Assembly (NCBI GenBank): GCA_965242865.1
Contig: CBDETK010000013.1
Coordinates: 4,960,001 to 5,024,000 of the forward strand
DNA length: 64,000 nt
Direction: 5' to 3'
Source: Candidatus Latescibacterota bacterium
GTDB lineage: Bacteria > Latescibacterota > UBA2968 > UBA8231
Shown here in pieces: positions 1-8,842 of this stretch; positions within the stretch are counted from its first letter, which is position 1; each line of letters begins with the position of its first letter. The notes under the pieces were generated by a model that saw only the letters and a list, made by a program, of their open reading frames with translations, had not been told where the DNA came from and ran no database searches. The translations under genes were made by a program, and so were the position numbers.

Positions 1-645
1 GACGAAGTTTTTCCCGACCGCACCGCATTTGCCGGTCTGCCTCCCGATTGGGGTGCTGCCAAAGCCGGTATCTGCCCGCCGACAGCTTGGTTTGCCTTTA
101 TTGAAGGCAAAAACCGAGGCTACGTCGAGCAGGCGATCGACTCGACCTACTCCAGCATCTGCCACAGCTTGAATCGCCTAGAAAACGACGACAGCGATCC
201 CGAGACCCGCGAGTGCTACCACTTCCAGAGGCTCAATCCGGTGCTGCCGGAAGCCCTGATCCAGATGGCCTTGGGTACGCCCGCGGCAATTTACAACGGC
301 GGGATGCTCCAAGCCCACGTGCGCTATTTCGACCCGCAACGCCGTCGCCCCGGTCTGCCCGAGTACGTCGCGGCCCTAGTGGACCGGGTCCGGGCCGACG
401 GGGTCAGCCTGACGCTGGTGAATACGGACTTAGTGGAAGGCCGCTCCGTCCTGTTGCAGGCCGGTTCCTTCGGCGAGCACCAATTCACTGAGGCCCGCCT
501 AGCGAGCGAAGCCGGCCCCGATCAGTCCGTTGCGGTAGAGGCCCCGCATCTTCGGGTGCATTTGGGACCGGCGGCCCAAGCTCGCTTGCATCTTGGGCTG
601 AAACGCTTTGCCCGCTCGCCCTCCTACCGTTTCCCGGCTTTTTGA
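1..645 (+). CDS. Hypothetical protein, 3' part (runs in from the window edge)
   Basis: Frame 1 is open from base 1 to TGA at 643-645, with GC-rich coding-like codons; family not recognised. Confidence 0.7.
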   Translation, partial: DEVFPDRTAFAGLPPDWGAAKAGICPPTAWFAFIEGKNRGYVEQAIDSTYSSICHSLNRLENDDSDPETRECYHFQRLNPVLPEALIQMALGTPAAIYNGGMLQAHVRYFDPQRRRPGLPEYVAALVDRVRADGVSLTLVNTDLVEGRSVLLQAGSFGEHQFTEARLASEAGPDQSVAVEAPHLRVHLGPAAQARLHLGLKRFARSPSYRFPAF

Positions 646-660
646 GCACTAGGATCGCGT

Positions 661-689
661 TTGACGGGGGGTACGCTCTCCAGTATTTT
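661..689 (+). promoter_or_regulatory. Sigma70-type promoter TTGACG-17-TATTTT
   Basis: Canonical spacing, about 65 nt upstream of the 756 gene. Confidence 0.55.
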
Positions 690-755
690 CCTAGCACCTT
701 GTGGCGCGACCGGCAATTGGCTGCTGGTCGCCTTTTTTAATGAAAGGGACACCCG

Positions 756-3700
756 TTGCGCCGAGCGATTTTTTCCGCCATGGCCGCGCTGCTCCTCGCC
801 GGAGCGGCTCAGGCCCAGATACAAACCATCGTCACAGATCACTTCCGGGTCCACTTCTCGCGGGGGGCCGAGGGCACCGCACGGCGAGTGGCCGAAACCT
901 GCGAGGAGGTCTTCCCCATCCTCGCCGCGGCCTACAACTACTACGACGATTTTCGCACCATCCACGTCATCGTCCTCGACAACTCCGACGTGCTGGGCAA
1001 CGGCTGGGCCAACTACTACAGCAACACCATGGCCATTTGGGCCACGAGTCTCGACTTTGAACTGCGCGGCAGCCACGATTGGATCAAAAACGTGGTCACG
1101 CACGAGTTGACGCACATCCTGACTCTCAACAAGGCGCGCAAGAAATGGCCCTTCCAATTTGCGCTGCTCTCGGTCTCGCGCTTCGACTCCAATCCCGACA
1201 TTGCGTTTCAGTTCCCATTGTACCACCTCAACGCCCCGCGCGGCTGGACCGAGGGCATTGCCCAGTACGGGGCGCACAAATTTGGCTACGATTCTTGGGA
1301 TTCGCACCGCGACATGTTGTTGCGGATGGCGGTGCTCGAAGACGATCTGCTGTCGTGGGATGAGATGGGCACGGTGGGGGACCGCACGGGCAAGTTCTAC
1401 GGCGAGTTCGTGTACAATCAGGGCTACGCCATGATGGTGTACATCCATCAGCAGTACGGGGCCGAAAAGGTCGATGAGCTGACTCATCAGATCGGCGCGC
1501 TGAGCTTTGACCCGGCCATTCGCCGGGTGTTGGGCATTTCCGCCGACCAGTTTTACGCGGATTGGGTCGCCTTCTTAGCCGACAACTACGGCCGCCTCAC
1601 ATCCGAAATCCGCGGGCAAGGCTTCTTTCAGGGGGCGCCGCTGGACGAGGTCAACGAGGGCGTGCTCGAATACCATCCCGCGCTGTCGCCGGACGGCAAA
1701 AAACTGGCGTACCTCACCAGCGAGGAGCAGGACTACGCGATCACGACCCTCAAGATCTACGATTTTGAGACGCAAAAAAAGACCGAGCTCAAAGGTTGGA
1801 TCGATACGCGCATTGGCTGGTCGCCCGACGGGGAGGAAATCGTCTTTGTCCGCAACAAGGGCGGTTTTAACGACCTCTACCTCTACAACTTGGCCGAGGA
1901 CGAGGAGCGCCGCATCAGCGCTCGGCTGCGCGCCAAAGACCCTTCGTTTTCTCCCGATGGCCAGCGCATCGCCTTTGTCCACAACGAGGACGGAACCAAC
2001 AACCTCGGCCTCATTGACCGCGACGGCACGGACTTGGTCTATCTGACGAACAACAACGACGCCACCCAATACATGGGGCCGCGCTTCTCGCCCGACGGCG
2101 AGTGGTTGCTCTTTAGCGTGTTCCGCGGCCAAGACCGCGACATTGCGATGATCCGCGCCGATAGCCCGCCGCGGCCCAAGCACTTTAAGAAGGCTGAAAA
2201 GAAGAAGAGCGAAGACGAAGAGGGCGCGGAGGAAACCATTGAAGTCTTTCCCGATACGGTTGCGTTTGCCCATCCCGATTCGTCGGGGTTCCGCGCGGTC
2301 GTTGCCTCGCCGGCCGACGAGCGCGATCCGTACTGGCTGCCCGATGGCTCGGGTTTTGTATTTTCGTCGGACCAGAGCGGCATTTTCAACATCTACCGCT
2401 ATCGCTTGGCAAACGACGAAGTCGAGCAGCTAACCAACGTCATCGGCGGGGCCTTTGTGCCGACCGTAGCCGCTGACGAGCGCGTGGTGTACAGCGGCTA
2501 CCACTCCAACGACTATAGCCTCTACCGCTTTGAGCTGGGCGAATTCGCACGCGCGGCCCACTTTGAGCCGGTGGCCATGCGCGACTATCGCTCCATTTTC
2601 GACGGCCCCAAGCTCAGCGACCAGTACCAAGTCGCGTCGTACCGGGGGCGCAATGTCTTGCGCTACATCCCGATTTTACAGGTCGGCCCCACGTTTGTCG
2701 GCAACGCCTTTGGCCTCAATCAAGCCAGCGGCGGCTTGCAGTTTTCCACTGGGGACATGTTCGGCGGCCAAGAGCTGACGGCTTGGGGGATCGCCGGCAA
2801 GAACATACGCGACGACACCGATCTGAACACGGATGTAGGCTTCTTTTATGAGCGTCGGCTTAGGCCCCAAGTGGGCAACAACCGAACCTTCAACCCCTCG
2901 TTTTACATAAGGGGCCGGCGGCGCGAGATCGACAGCCTAGGCAAGACCATTGACGTCGCTACCGACACGCTCGCGGCTTCTACTCTCTACCCGGTCCCGG
3001 TCGATTCGGTCTCCAGCGTGCTCATCCCAGACGTCGAGCGACGCGTCTATCAGTACGATAGTCGCCAAAATTTGCTCAAGACCGTCTTGGGGCAGATCTC
3101 CATGGGCGTCGATGTGCCGCTGACCCGGCGCACCGAGTTGAATGCCCAATATCTATGGCGCAACTATGCCGAGAGCCATACCTTGCGCCGCCGCCGCATC
3201 AAAAGTCAGGTCTATTTGGTGCAAGATGGCGTCGATATGTCGGAAACCGTAGATCCGGCTATTTTGGTCCAAGACACCCTGTTGGTTGACAGTGAGAATC
3301 CGCAGAAATACTACGACGACCTCAGCTTTTTTCGCGCCCATATTTTGAGCGCGTCTTGGCGCTACCTGAAGATCAATCCCACGGCCGACAGCTCGATCAA
3401 CCCATCGGGGCGCGCCTTGTCCTTGGTCTATCGCTACCTGCTGCCGACGGTGGCCGATTCGCTGGCCGAGCAAACTCCCACGGATGGAGTCCCCCGCGAT
3501 CAGTACGTCGGTGCCGAGCACCGCCTGCGGGTCAACGAATACGTGGCCGCGTACAACGAGCGGATTAGGCTGCCGTTCAATAATTCGCTCAACATCACGC
3601 TAATTGGCGCGTACGAAAACATTCGGCTCAAGCCTCGCTTTGACCCCGAGGGCGGCATCTATGAGGGCCGCTTCTACTGGCCCCTGCGCTACTATATCGG

Positions 3701-4178
3701 TGGGCGCAACTTCCTCAGCGGCTATCCCTATTTCACCGACTCTGGTTCCAAGCTGCTCTACGCACGCATCGGCTACGGGTTTCCAATCCTCAGACGCATC
3801 AGCAGCCGCTTTATCAACTTCAGCTTTTCCAAGCTCTACGCCGAGCTATTCGCCGAAGCCGGGGCGGTGGGCAACTTCTCGCGCTTTGAGGACATTGACT
3901 TTTGGAAGGGAAAGCCTTGGCGGTCTTGGCCCAACACCGACAAGTTCCTGACCAACGTGGGCGGCGAGCTGCGGCTACAGCTTTTTACCTTCTACCGCAT
4001 CCCCATGTTCGCTTACCTCCAAGTGGCGCGTCCGCTCGAGTCGGCGCGAGTGGAGTGGTTCGATCCAGAGCCATCCGAGGACGACCCGGACCCCGAATCC
4101 TATCTGACCGTGAGGAACTCCGAAGGCAAACGGGGCAGGATCGACACATGGCGCTTCTACTTTGGGTTTGGGCTGTGA
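756..4178 (+). CDS. Outer-membrane protein: signal peptide, HExxH gluzincin-like peptidase domain, TolB/PD40 beta-propeller and Omp85/BamA-like barrel
   Basis: THELTHI plus downstream WTEGIA; repeated SPDG PD40 motifs; GGRNFLSGYP loop; C-terminal beta-signal WRFYFGFGL. Confidence 0.75.
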   Translation: MRRAIFSAMAALLLAGAAQAQIQTIVTDHFRVHFSRGAEGTARRVAETCEEVFPILAAAYNYYDDFRTIHVIVLDNSDVLGNGWANYYSNTMAIWATSLDFELRGSHDWIKNVVTHELTHILTLNKARKKWPFQFALLSVSRFDSNPDIAFQFPLYHLNAPRGWTEGIAQYGAHKFGYDSWDSHRDMLLRMAVLEDDLLSWDEMGTVGDRTGKFYGEFVYNQGYAMMVYIHQQYGAEKVDELTHQIGALSFDPAIRRVLGISADQFYADWVAFLADNYGRLTSEIRGQGFFQGAPLDEVNEGVLEYHPALSPDGKKLAYLTSEEQDYAITTLKIYDFETQKKTELKGWIDTRIGWSPDGEEIVFVRNKGGFNDLYLYNLAEDEERRISARLRAKDPSFSPDGQRIAFVHNEDGTNNLGLIDRDGTDLVYLTNNNDATQYMGPRFSPDGEWLLFSVFRGQDRDIAMIRADSPPRPKHFKKAEKKKSEDEEGAEETIEVFPDTVAFAHPDSSGFRAVVASPADERDPYWLPDGSGFVFSSDQSGIFNIYRYRLANDEVEQLTNVIGGAFVPTVAADERVVYSGYHSNDYSLYRFELGEFARAAHFEPVAMRDYRSIFDGPKLSDQYQVASYRGRNVLRYIPILQVGPTFVGNAFGLNQASGGLQFSTGDMFGGQELTAWGIAGKNIRDDTDLNTDVGFFYERRLRPQVGNNRTFNPSFYIRGRRREIDSLGKTIDVATDTLAASTLYPVPVDSVSSVLIPDVERRVYQYDSRQNLLKTVLGQISMGVDVPLTRRTELNAQYLWRNYAESHTLRRRRIKSQVYLVQDGVDMSETVDPAILVQDTLLVDSENPQKYYDDLSFFRAHILSASWRYLKINPTADSSINPSGRALSLVYRYLLPTVADSLAEQTPTDGVPRDQYVGAEHRLRVNEYVAAYNERIRLPFNNSLNITLIGAYENIRLKPRFDPEGGIYEGRFYWPLRYYIGGRNFLSGYPYFTDSGSKLLYARIGYGFPILRRISSRFINFSFSKLYAELFAEAGAVGNFSRFEDIDFWKGKPWRSWPNTDKFLTNVGGELRLQLFTFYRIPMFAYLQVARPLESARVEWFDPEPSEDDPDPESYLTVRNSEGKRGRIDTWRFYFGFGL

Positions 4179-4206
4179 AGTGACGGAGCAAAAAAGGAGA
4201 GAAAAC

Positions 4207-4509
4207 ATGCACTTTATCTTGTCGTGGGATATTCGAGATGCAGCCGAGGAGTGGGACGAAATCAACGCCCAGCTAAAAGAGCGCATAGACGACTATTCTT
4301 GGGTTCGTCCCCTCAGCACTTTTTACATCATAAGGGTGTCCGGTCCGCAAGAGTGGAGACGGATTAAGGAAGCCCTTATTGAGGTAGCCGAGCGTTATGC
4401 TGCCAAAGCCAAGATACATTTCGTCATTAGTCCCTTAATGGTTGGCGGCCAATACGATGGCTGGCTGCCCAATGATATTTGGCCCAAAATACAAAAGAGG
4501 ACAGCTTAA
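4207..4509 (+). CDS. Small Cas2/VapD-like ferredoxin-fold protein ('SinR family'-like), 100 aa
   Basis: SD AGGAGA before ATG 4207; N-terminal MHFILSWDI resembles the Cas2/VapD beta1 'hhhhYDI' motif; C-terminal YDGWLPxxxW; AT-richer than flanks. Confidence 0.6.
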   Translation: MHFILSWDIRDAAEEWDEINAQLKERIDDYSWVRPLSTFYIIRVSGPQEWRRIKEALIEVAERYAAKAKIHFVISPLMVGGQYDGWLPNDIWPKIQKRTA

Positions 4510-4868
4510 TGGAGGCCACAAGCAAAGACGTAGAATCTCGTGTAAAGCACGATGAGGCTAATCCCGAGTCGCCTCCTAGTAGTGCAGGATTTGCGGAAAG
4601 GCTTAACAGACTGGTTTCCGTGCCCGAGACCATTGAAATTGAGTTGGTAAATTCGGCTACCCTCGATGAATATGAATTTCGGGCGTACCTATCTTCTGTT
4701 CTTGCCACTGTCGTAATAGGCTTCTTCTTCGCAATTGTACAATCTGGCCCGTCATTTCCAATGATATTCTGTGGGATTGTATCCGCCGTTTTGTTTGGTT
4801 TCTGTGCAAAGTCCGCCCGTGATAAACGAAGGCAATTGAAGCAAAAAGCAAAAAAGATCAGGCTGTAA
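4509..4868 (+). CDS. Two-transmembrane-helix hypothetical protein, 119 aa
   Basis: TAATG stop/start overlap with the upstream gene; hydrophobic segments AYLSSVLATVVIGFFFAIV and FPMIFCGIVSAVLFGFCA; basic tail. Confidence 0.7.
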   Translation: MEATSKDVESRVKHDEANPESPPSSAGFAERLNRLVSVPETIEIELVNSATLDEYEFRAYLSSVLATVVIGFFFAIVQSGPSFPMIFCGIVSAVLFGFCAKSARDKRRQLKQKAKKIRL

Positions 4869-4925
4869 ACTGAGCGGCTAATTGTTTGGCCGCATCCTCT
4901 CACCCCGCCCCCCATCCTTTCTATC

Positions 4926-5075
4926 GTGACGCGCAGAGAATCAGACGGGAAAATTGATCGGCACAAGCTAACTTTGCGGCGCAAGGTGCTGGCGCTGATC
5001 CATGGCTACGCCCAGCGTCGCGCCTTGGACGAGCGATCCTACCGACGCTGGCGACGCTGGATTCGGCCCAACTGA
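4926..5075 (+). CDS. Possible small basic protein (49 aa)
   Basis: GTG...TGA, MTRRESDGKIDRHKLTLRRKVLALIHGYAQRRALDERSYRRWRRWIRPN; fills the gap up to the convergent pgsA stop; no clear SD. Confidence 0.4.
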   Translation: MTRRESDGKIDRHKLTLRRKVLALIHGYAQRRALDERSYRRWRRWIRPN

Positions 5076-5077
5076 CG

Positions 5078-5602
5078 TCAAGTTTGCTCGCGTCGCGAGA
5101 GCCTGAGCGCGAGTTGGACATAGCTCGCGCTGGAGATGACGACCAAGGCTGCCGCGGCGAGGCTCAGCCCCGTGCGCACGCTGGACGGAGCCTCGAGGAC
5201 GTAGCTGAAGGCCGTCAGGGCCATGCAGACGGTCGTGTACTTGCCCCAGCGGTTGGCGGCAATGACCAGCCCCTGTGAACGCAGGAGCACCCCCCCCACC
5301 AGCACGATTGCCAAGTCGCGGACCAAGAGCATCCCCAACAGCCACAGCGGCAAATCGCCCCACCAGACTAGGGCGCCGAGTAGGCAGGCGAGAAAAACTT
5401 TATCGGCCAGTGGGTCGAGTACCTTGCCGAGGCGGGAGACTTGATTGTAGTGCCGCGCCACCCAGCCATCGGCGAGGTCCGTGGCCCCGGCCATGAGCAG
5501 CAGGAGCACGACTTGGAACTGGGCCGCTGGGCCTTGGGCGATGAAGTAGAGCACAAAGGGGATGAGTAGAACCCGCAGGACGCTGAGAAAATTGGCCAAC
5601 AT
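5078..5602 (-). CDS. pgsA: CDP-alcohol phosphatidyltransferase (PgsA-like)
   Basis: ANFLSVLR start; DLADGWVAR...GKVLDPLADK signature. Confidence 0.85.
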   Translation of the reverse strand: MLANFLSVLRVLLIPFVLYFIAQGPAAQFQVVLLLLMAGATDLADGWVARHYNQVSRLGKVLDPLADKVFLACLLGALVWWGDLPLWLLGMLLVRDLAIVLVGGVLLRSQGLVIAANRWGKYTTVCMALTAFSYVLEAPSSVRTGLSLAAAALVVISSASYVQLALRLSRREQT

Positions 5603-5609
5603 CGTCGGG

Positions 5610-7301
5610 CTATTGCAGCATTTCGCGGGCGTGTTGGCGCGCGGTGTCCGAAATGGTTTCGCCGGCCAACAGATAGGCAATTTCTTCGGCGCGGGCCTTG
5701 GCGTTGAGCTGCACGACCTCGGTGGTGGTCCGCTGCTGCGCCTGCTGCTTACGCACTGAAAAGTGCTGGTCGGCGAGGCTGGCAATCTGCGGTAGATGGG
5801 TGATGACAATGGTTTGGTGGGCTGCGGAGAGGGACTGTAGCTTGCGGCCGACGGCCGCGGCAATGCGCCCCGAGATCCCCACGTCGATTTCGTCGAACAC
5901 CAAGGTCGAAACGAGGTCGCGCCCGGCGATAGCTTCCTTGAGGGCCAGCATCACGCGCGAAACTTCCCCGCCCGAGGCAATGCGCGCTAGGGGGCGCGGG
6001 GGTTGGCCGGCGCTCGCGGAAATGTGGAAGGCGACGTGCTCCATGCCGTGCTCGCCGGCGGCGTACCGACGCCCGTCGCGCTCAACCGCCCCTGTTGGGT
6101 CCTCGGTCGTCTCCAGCTCGATGTAGAACTGGGCCTTGGCCATGCCCAACTCTCCGAGGGCGGCGACTAGCAATCGAGACAGGGTGGCGCTGGCCTGCTG
6201 ACGCGCCGCAGAAAGGGCTAGGCAGCCGGTGGCAAACTCGGCGAGTGCGCGATCGCGGACTTCAGCCGCTTGGGCCAGCTCGTCGCGGAGGCGGCCGGCG
6301 CGGTCGGCGCGCGCCGAAAGCTGGCGGGCGCGCGCTACGACAGCGTCGAGGGTGCCGCCGTATTTCTTTTTTAGGGTGCGTAGGCCGTCGAGGCGCTCGC
6401 GCAGTTCGTCGGCCCGCCCGGGGCGCACCTCAATTTTGTGGGCGTAGTCGCGCAGTTGGCCAGCTAGGTCTTCGACCTCGTAGATCAGTTCCGCTAAGGC
6501 CGCGGCTTGGGGGTCGAGCGCCGGGTCGATTGCACGGAGCCGGTCGAGCTGACGACGAACTTGGCCTAGCGCTTCGCACACCGCGCCTTCGCGCTGGTAG
6601 AGCAGGTCGTAGAGCTGGAGGCCGCCCTCGGCTAGGGTCTCGGCGTTTTCAAGGACTTGCAACTCGCGCTCTAGCGCGGGCTCTTCGCCCGGTTGAGGGG
6701 CGAGGCCGCGGATCTCTTCCAACTCAAAGGCGCGCAGCTCGTCTTCGGCGGCCAGCGCGTCGCGCTCGGCGCGCAGTTGGTTGAGGCGGGCGGCGCTATC
6801 GCGGCTAGCGCGCCAGTGCTGTGCCACGAGGCGACGCTGGTCGTCGAGGCCGGCAAACGCGTCGAGAAAGCGGACGTGGAGCTTGGGGTCGAGCAGTGAT
6901 TGGTGTTCGTGTTGGCCGTGCAGGTCCACCAAGATCGCGCCGATTTGCTTTAGTTGCTTGATGGGCTGGCCTTGGCCGTTGACAAAGGCGCGCGAGCGGC
7001 CTCGGGCGCGGATCTCGCGGCGGAGGATGAGTTGGCCGTCCTCCAAGACAACGCCCAGCTCGGCCAAACGCCCGCCTTGGCTTGGGTCGTTGAGTTCAAA
7101 AAAGCCCTCGACCGCGCACGAGCTGGCCCCTTTGCGCACGAGCTCGGCGCTGACAGGCCCGCCGAGGATGGAGTTGAGGGCACCGATGAGAATGGACTTG
7201 CCAGCCCCGGTCTCGCCGGTTACGACGTTGAGGCCTGGGCCGAATTCGATGGCCGCTTCTTCGATAAGGGCAAAGTCCTTGATGTAGAGGCGCGTCAACA
7301 T
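5610..7301 (-). CDS. recN: DNA repair protein RecN
   Basis: TGETGAGKS Walker A, HGQHEHQ, ASGGE signature, FDEID, ITHLPQIA. Confidence 0.97.
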   Translation of the reverse strand: MLTRLYIKDFALIEEAAIEFGPGLNVVTGETGAGKSILIGALNSILGGPVSAELVRKGASSCAVEGFFELNDPSQGGRLAELGVVLEDGQLILRREIRARGRSRAFVNGQGQPIKQLKQIGAILVDLHGQHEHQSLLDPKLHVRFLDAFAGLDDQRRLVAQHWRASRDSAARLNQLRAERDALAAEDELRAFELEEIRGLAPQPGEEPALERELQVLENAETLAEGGLQLYDLLYQREGAVCEALGQVRRQLDRLRAIDPALDPQAAALAELIYEVEDLAGQLRDYAHKIEVRPGRADELRERLDGLRTLKKKYGGTLDAVVARARQLSARADRAGRLRDELAQAAEVRDRALAEFATGCLALSAARQQASATLSRLLVAALGELGMAKAQFYIELETTEDPTGAVERDGRRYAAGEHGMEHVAFHISASAGQPPRPLARIASGGEVSRVMLALKEAIAGRDLVSTLVFDEIDVGISGRIAAAVGRKLQSLSAAHQTIVITHLPQIASLADQHFSVRKQQAQQRTTTEVVQLNAKARAEEIAYLLAGETISDTARQHAREMLQ

Positions 7302-7322
7302 CGGGCCGAAGCCGAGGGGCGG

Positions 7323-7553
7323 CTATTGATCGTCTTGGTCGTCCAGAAAGGAGAGGCGGAACTGGCCCTCGGCGTCGGCCGTGAGGACTTGGACGCGCTC
7401 GCGGGTCTGGTCGAGCCACTGGCCGCAGGTGCGCGAGGCCGCGACGCCCTTTTCAAATACTTTGAGGGCCTCTTCGAGCTTGAGGTCGCCGGCTTCGAGG
7501 CGCTGGACGCTCTCTTCGAGCACGGCTAGCGATTCTTCAAACGATTCACTCAT
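7323..7553 (-). CDS. xseB: Exodeoxyribonuclease VII small subunit
   Basis: SFEESL..LE..V..LEAGDL.LEEALKVFEKG; adjacent to xseA. Confidence 0.93.
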   Translation of the reverse strand: MSESFEESLAVLEESVQRLEAGDLKLEEALKVFEKGVAASRTCGQWLDQTRERVQVLTADAEGQFRLSFLDDQDDQ

Positions 7554-8766
7554 CGAGTTTCTCCTCCACGCGGCATATAGCGCGGCCGCGGCGAAAGCGC
7601 AGGTGTAGTTTGTCGCCCGGCTGGAGTTCGTTGCTGTCGCGGATCAGGCGTTGGGTGGCGATGTGTTCGGCGAGGGCAAAACCGCGCGCCAAGCTCGTAA
7701 GCGGGCTGAGGTCGTCGAGGCGGGTGGTGGCGTTGGCTAGGGCCTCAACCCGAGTGCGCAAAAACCAATCGAAAGCGGTATAGAGGGCTTGACGCCGCTC
7801 GTCGAGGTGCAGGCTCTGCTGCTGCAAGCGGTCGTCGAGGCGGGCGCACAGCCGGCTCGGCTCGCAGTGGCGCAACCGCTCCGCTAAGGAGCGGAGGTAG
7901 CGCTCCATTTCCGCTCGCAACCGGCCTTGTTGTTCGGCGACTCGTGCGCGCAGCGCACTGCGTTCGCGGGCGACCATTTCGGCTGCAGCCGACGGGGTTG
8001 GGGCGCGGCTGTCGGCCACGTAGTCGGCGATGGTGTAATCGATCTCGTGGCCGACGGCCGAGATGACGGGTTGGGGCGACTGGTAGATGGCCCGGGCGAC
8101 GGCTTCGTCGTTGAAGGGCCAGAGGTCTTCTGGAGCGCCGCCGCCGCGCCCGACGATCAACACGTCGATGTCGGCTAGCTGGTTTAAGCGGGCGATGGCT
8201 GCGGCGATCTCAGCGGCGGCCCCCTCGCCTTGCACCCGAGCGGGGCAGAGGACGATGGCGATGTCTGGGGCGCGGCGGTCGAGGACTTGGATGATGTCGC
8301 GGATGGCCGCGCCGGTTGGCGAGGTCACCACGCCGATTTTGCGGGGATACGGGGGCAGGGGACGCTTGCGGTTTTCGGCGAAAAGCCCTTCGGCCTCTAA
8401 GCGATTTTTGAGCTGCTCAAAGGCGATGGCCGACTCGCCGACGCCAGCGGGTTTGAGCTGCTCGGCGTAGAATTGGTACTTCCCCCCGCGCTCGTACACG
8501 GAGATGCGCCCGTACGCCTGCACCTGCATGCCTTGTTGGGGCGTGAAGGAGACCGACCCGGCTTTCCATTTGAACATCACCGCGCTTAGCTGGCTCGCGT
8601 TGTCTTTGAGCGTGAAATAGCGGTGGCCCGAGCTGTGGTGGTTGTACTGGGAGAGCTCGCCCTCGACCCAGCAGGGGAGCAAGGCCTCCTCGAGCAGGCC
8701 CTTGACTTGACTGGTGATTTCGGACACCGAGTACGGCCGGTGGGATGCGGACTCTTGAAAAGACAT
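7546..8766 (-). CDS. xseA: Exodeoxyribonuclease VII large subunit
   Basis: SGHRYFTLKD OB fold, VTSPTGAAIRD, GRGGG, SAVGHEID, APTPSAAAE; start chosen at ATG 8766. Confidence 0.96.
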   Translation of the reverse strand: MSFQESASHRPYSVSEITSQVKGLLEEALLPCWVEGELSQYNHHSSGHRYFTLKDNASQLSAVMFKWKAGSVSFTPQQGMQVQAYGRISVYERGGKYQFYAEQLKPAGVGESAIAFEQLKNRLEAEGLFAENRKRPLPPYPRKIGVVTSPTGAAIRDIIQVLDRRAPDIAIVLCPARVQGEGAAAEIAAAIARLNQLADIDVLIVGRGGGAPEDLWPFNDEAVARAIYQSPQPVISAVGHEIDYTIADYVADSRAPTPSAAAEMVARERSALRARVAEQQGRLRAEMERYLRSLAERLRHCEPSRLCARLDDRLQQQSLHLDERRQALYTAFDWFLRTRVEALANATTRLDDLSPLTSLARGFALAEHIATQRLIRDSNELQPGDKLHLRFRRGRAICRVEEKLDE

Positions 8767-8842
8767 GGGATCCAGTTGGGGAAGCGGAAGCGGAAGCAGA
8801 GGCCGATTTAGGCCAACAGGATAGGCCGTTGTAGAGGCGAGG

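Noticed and set aside
8780-8797. GGAAGC x3 microsatellite, and the GATCTC repeats in tonB near 22765
   Set aside because: Too short; the tonB repeat simply encodes a DLDLDL linker.
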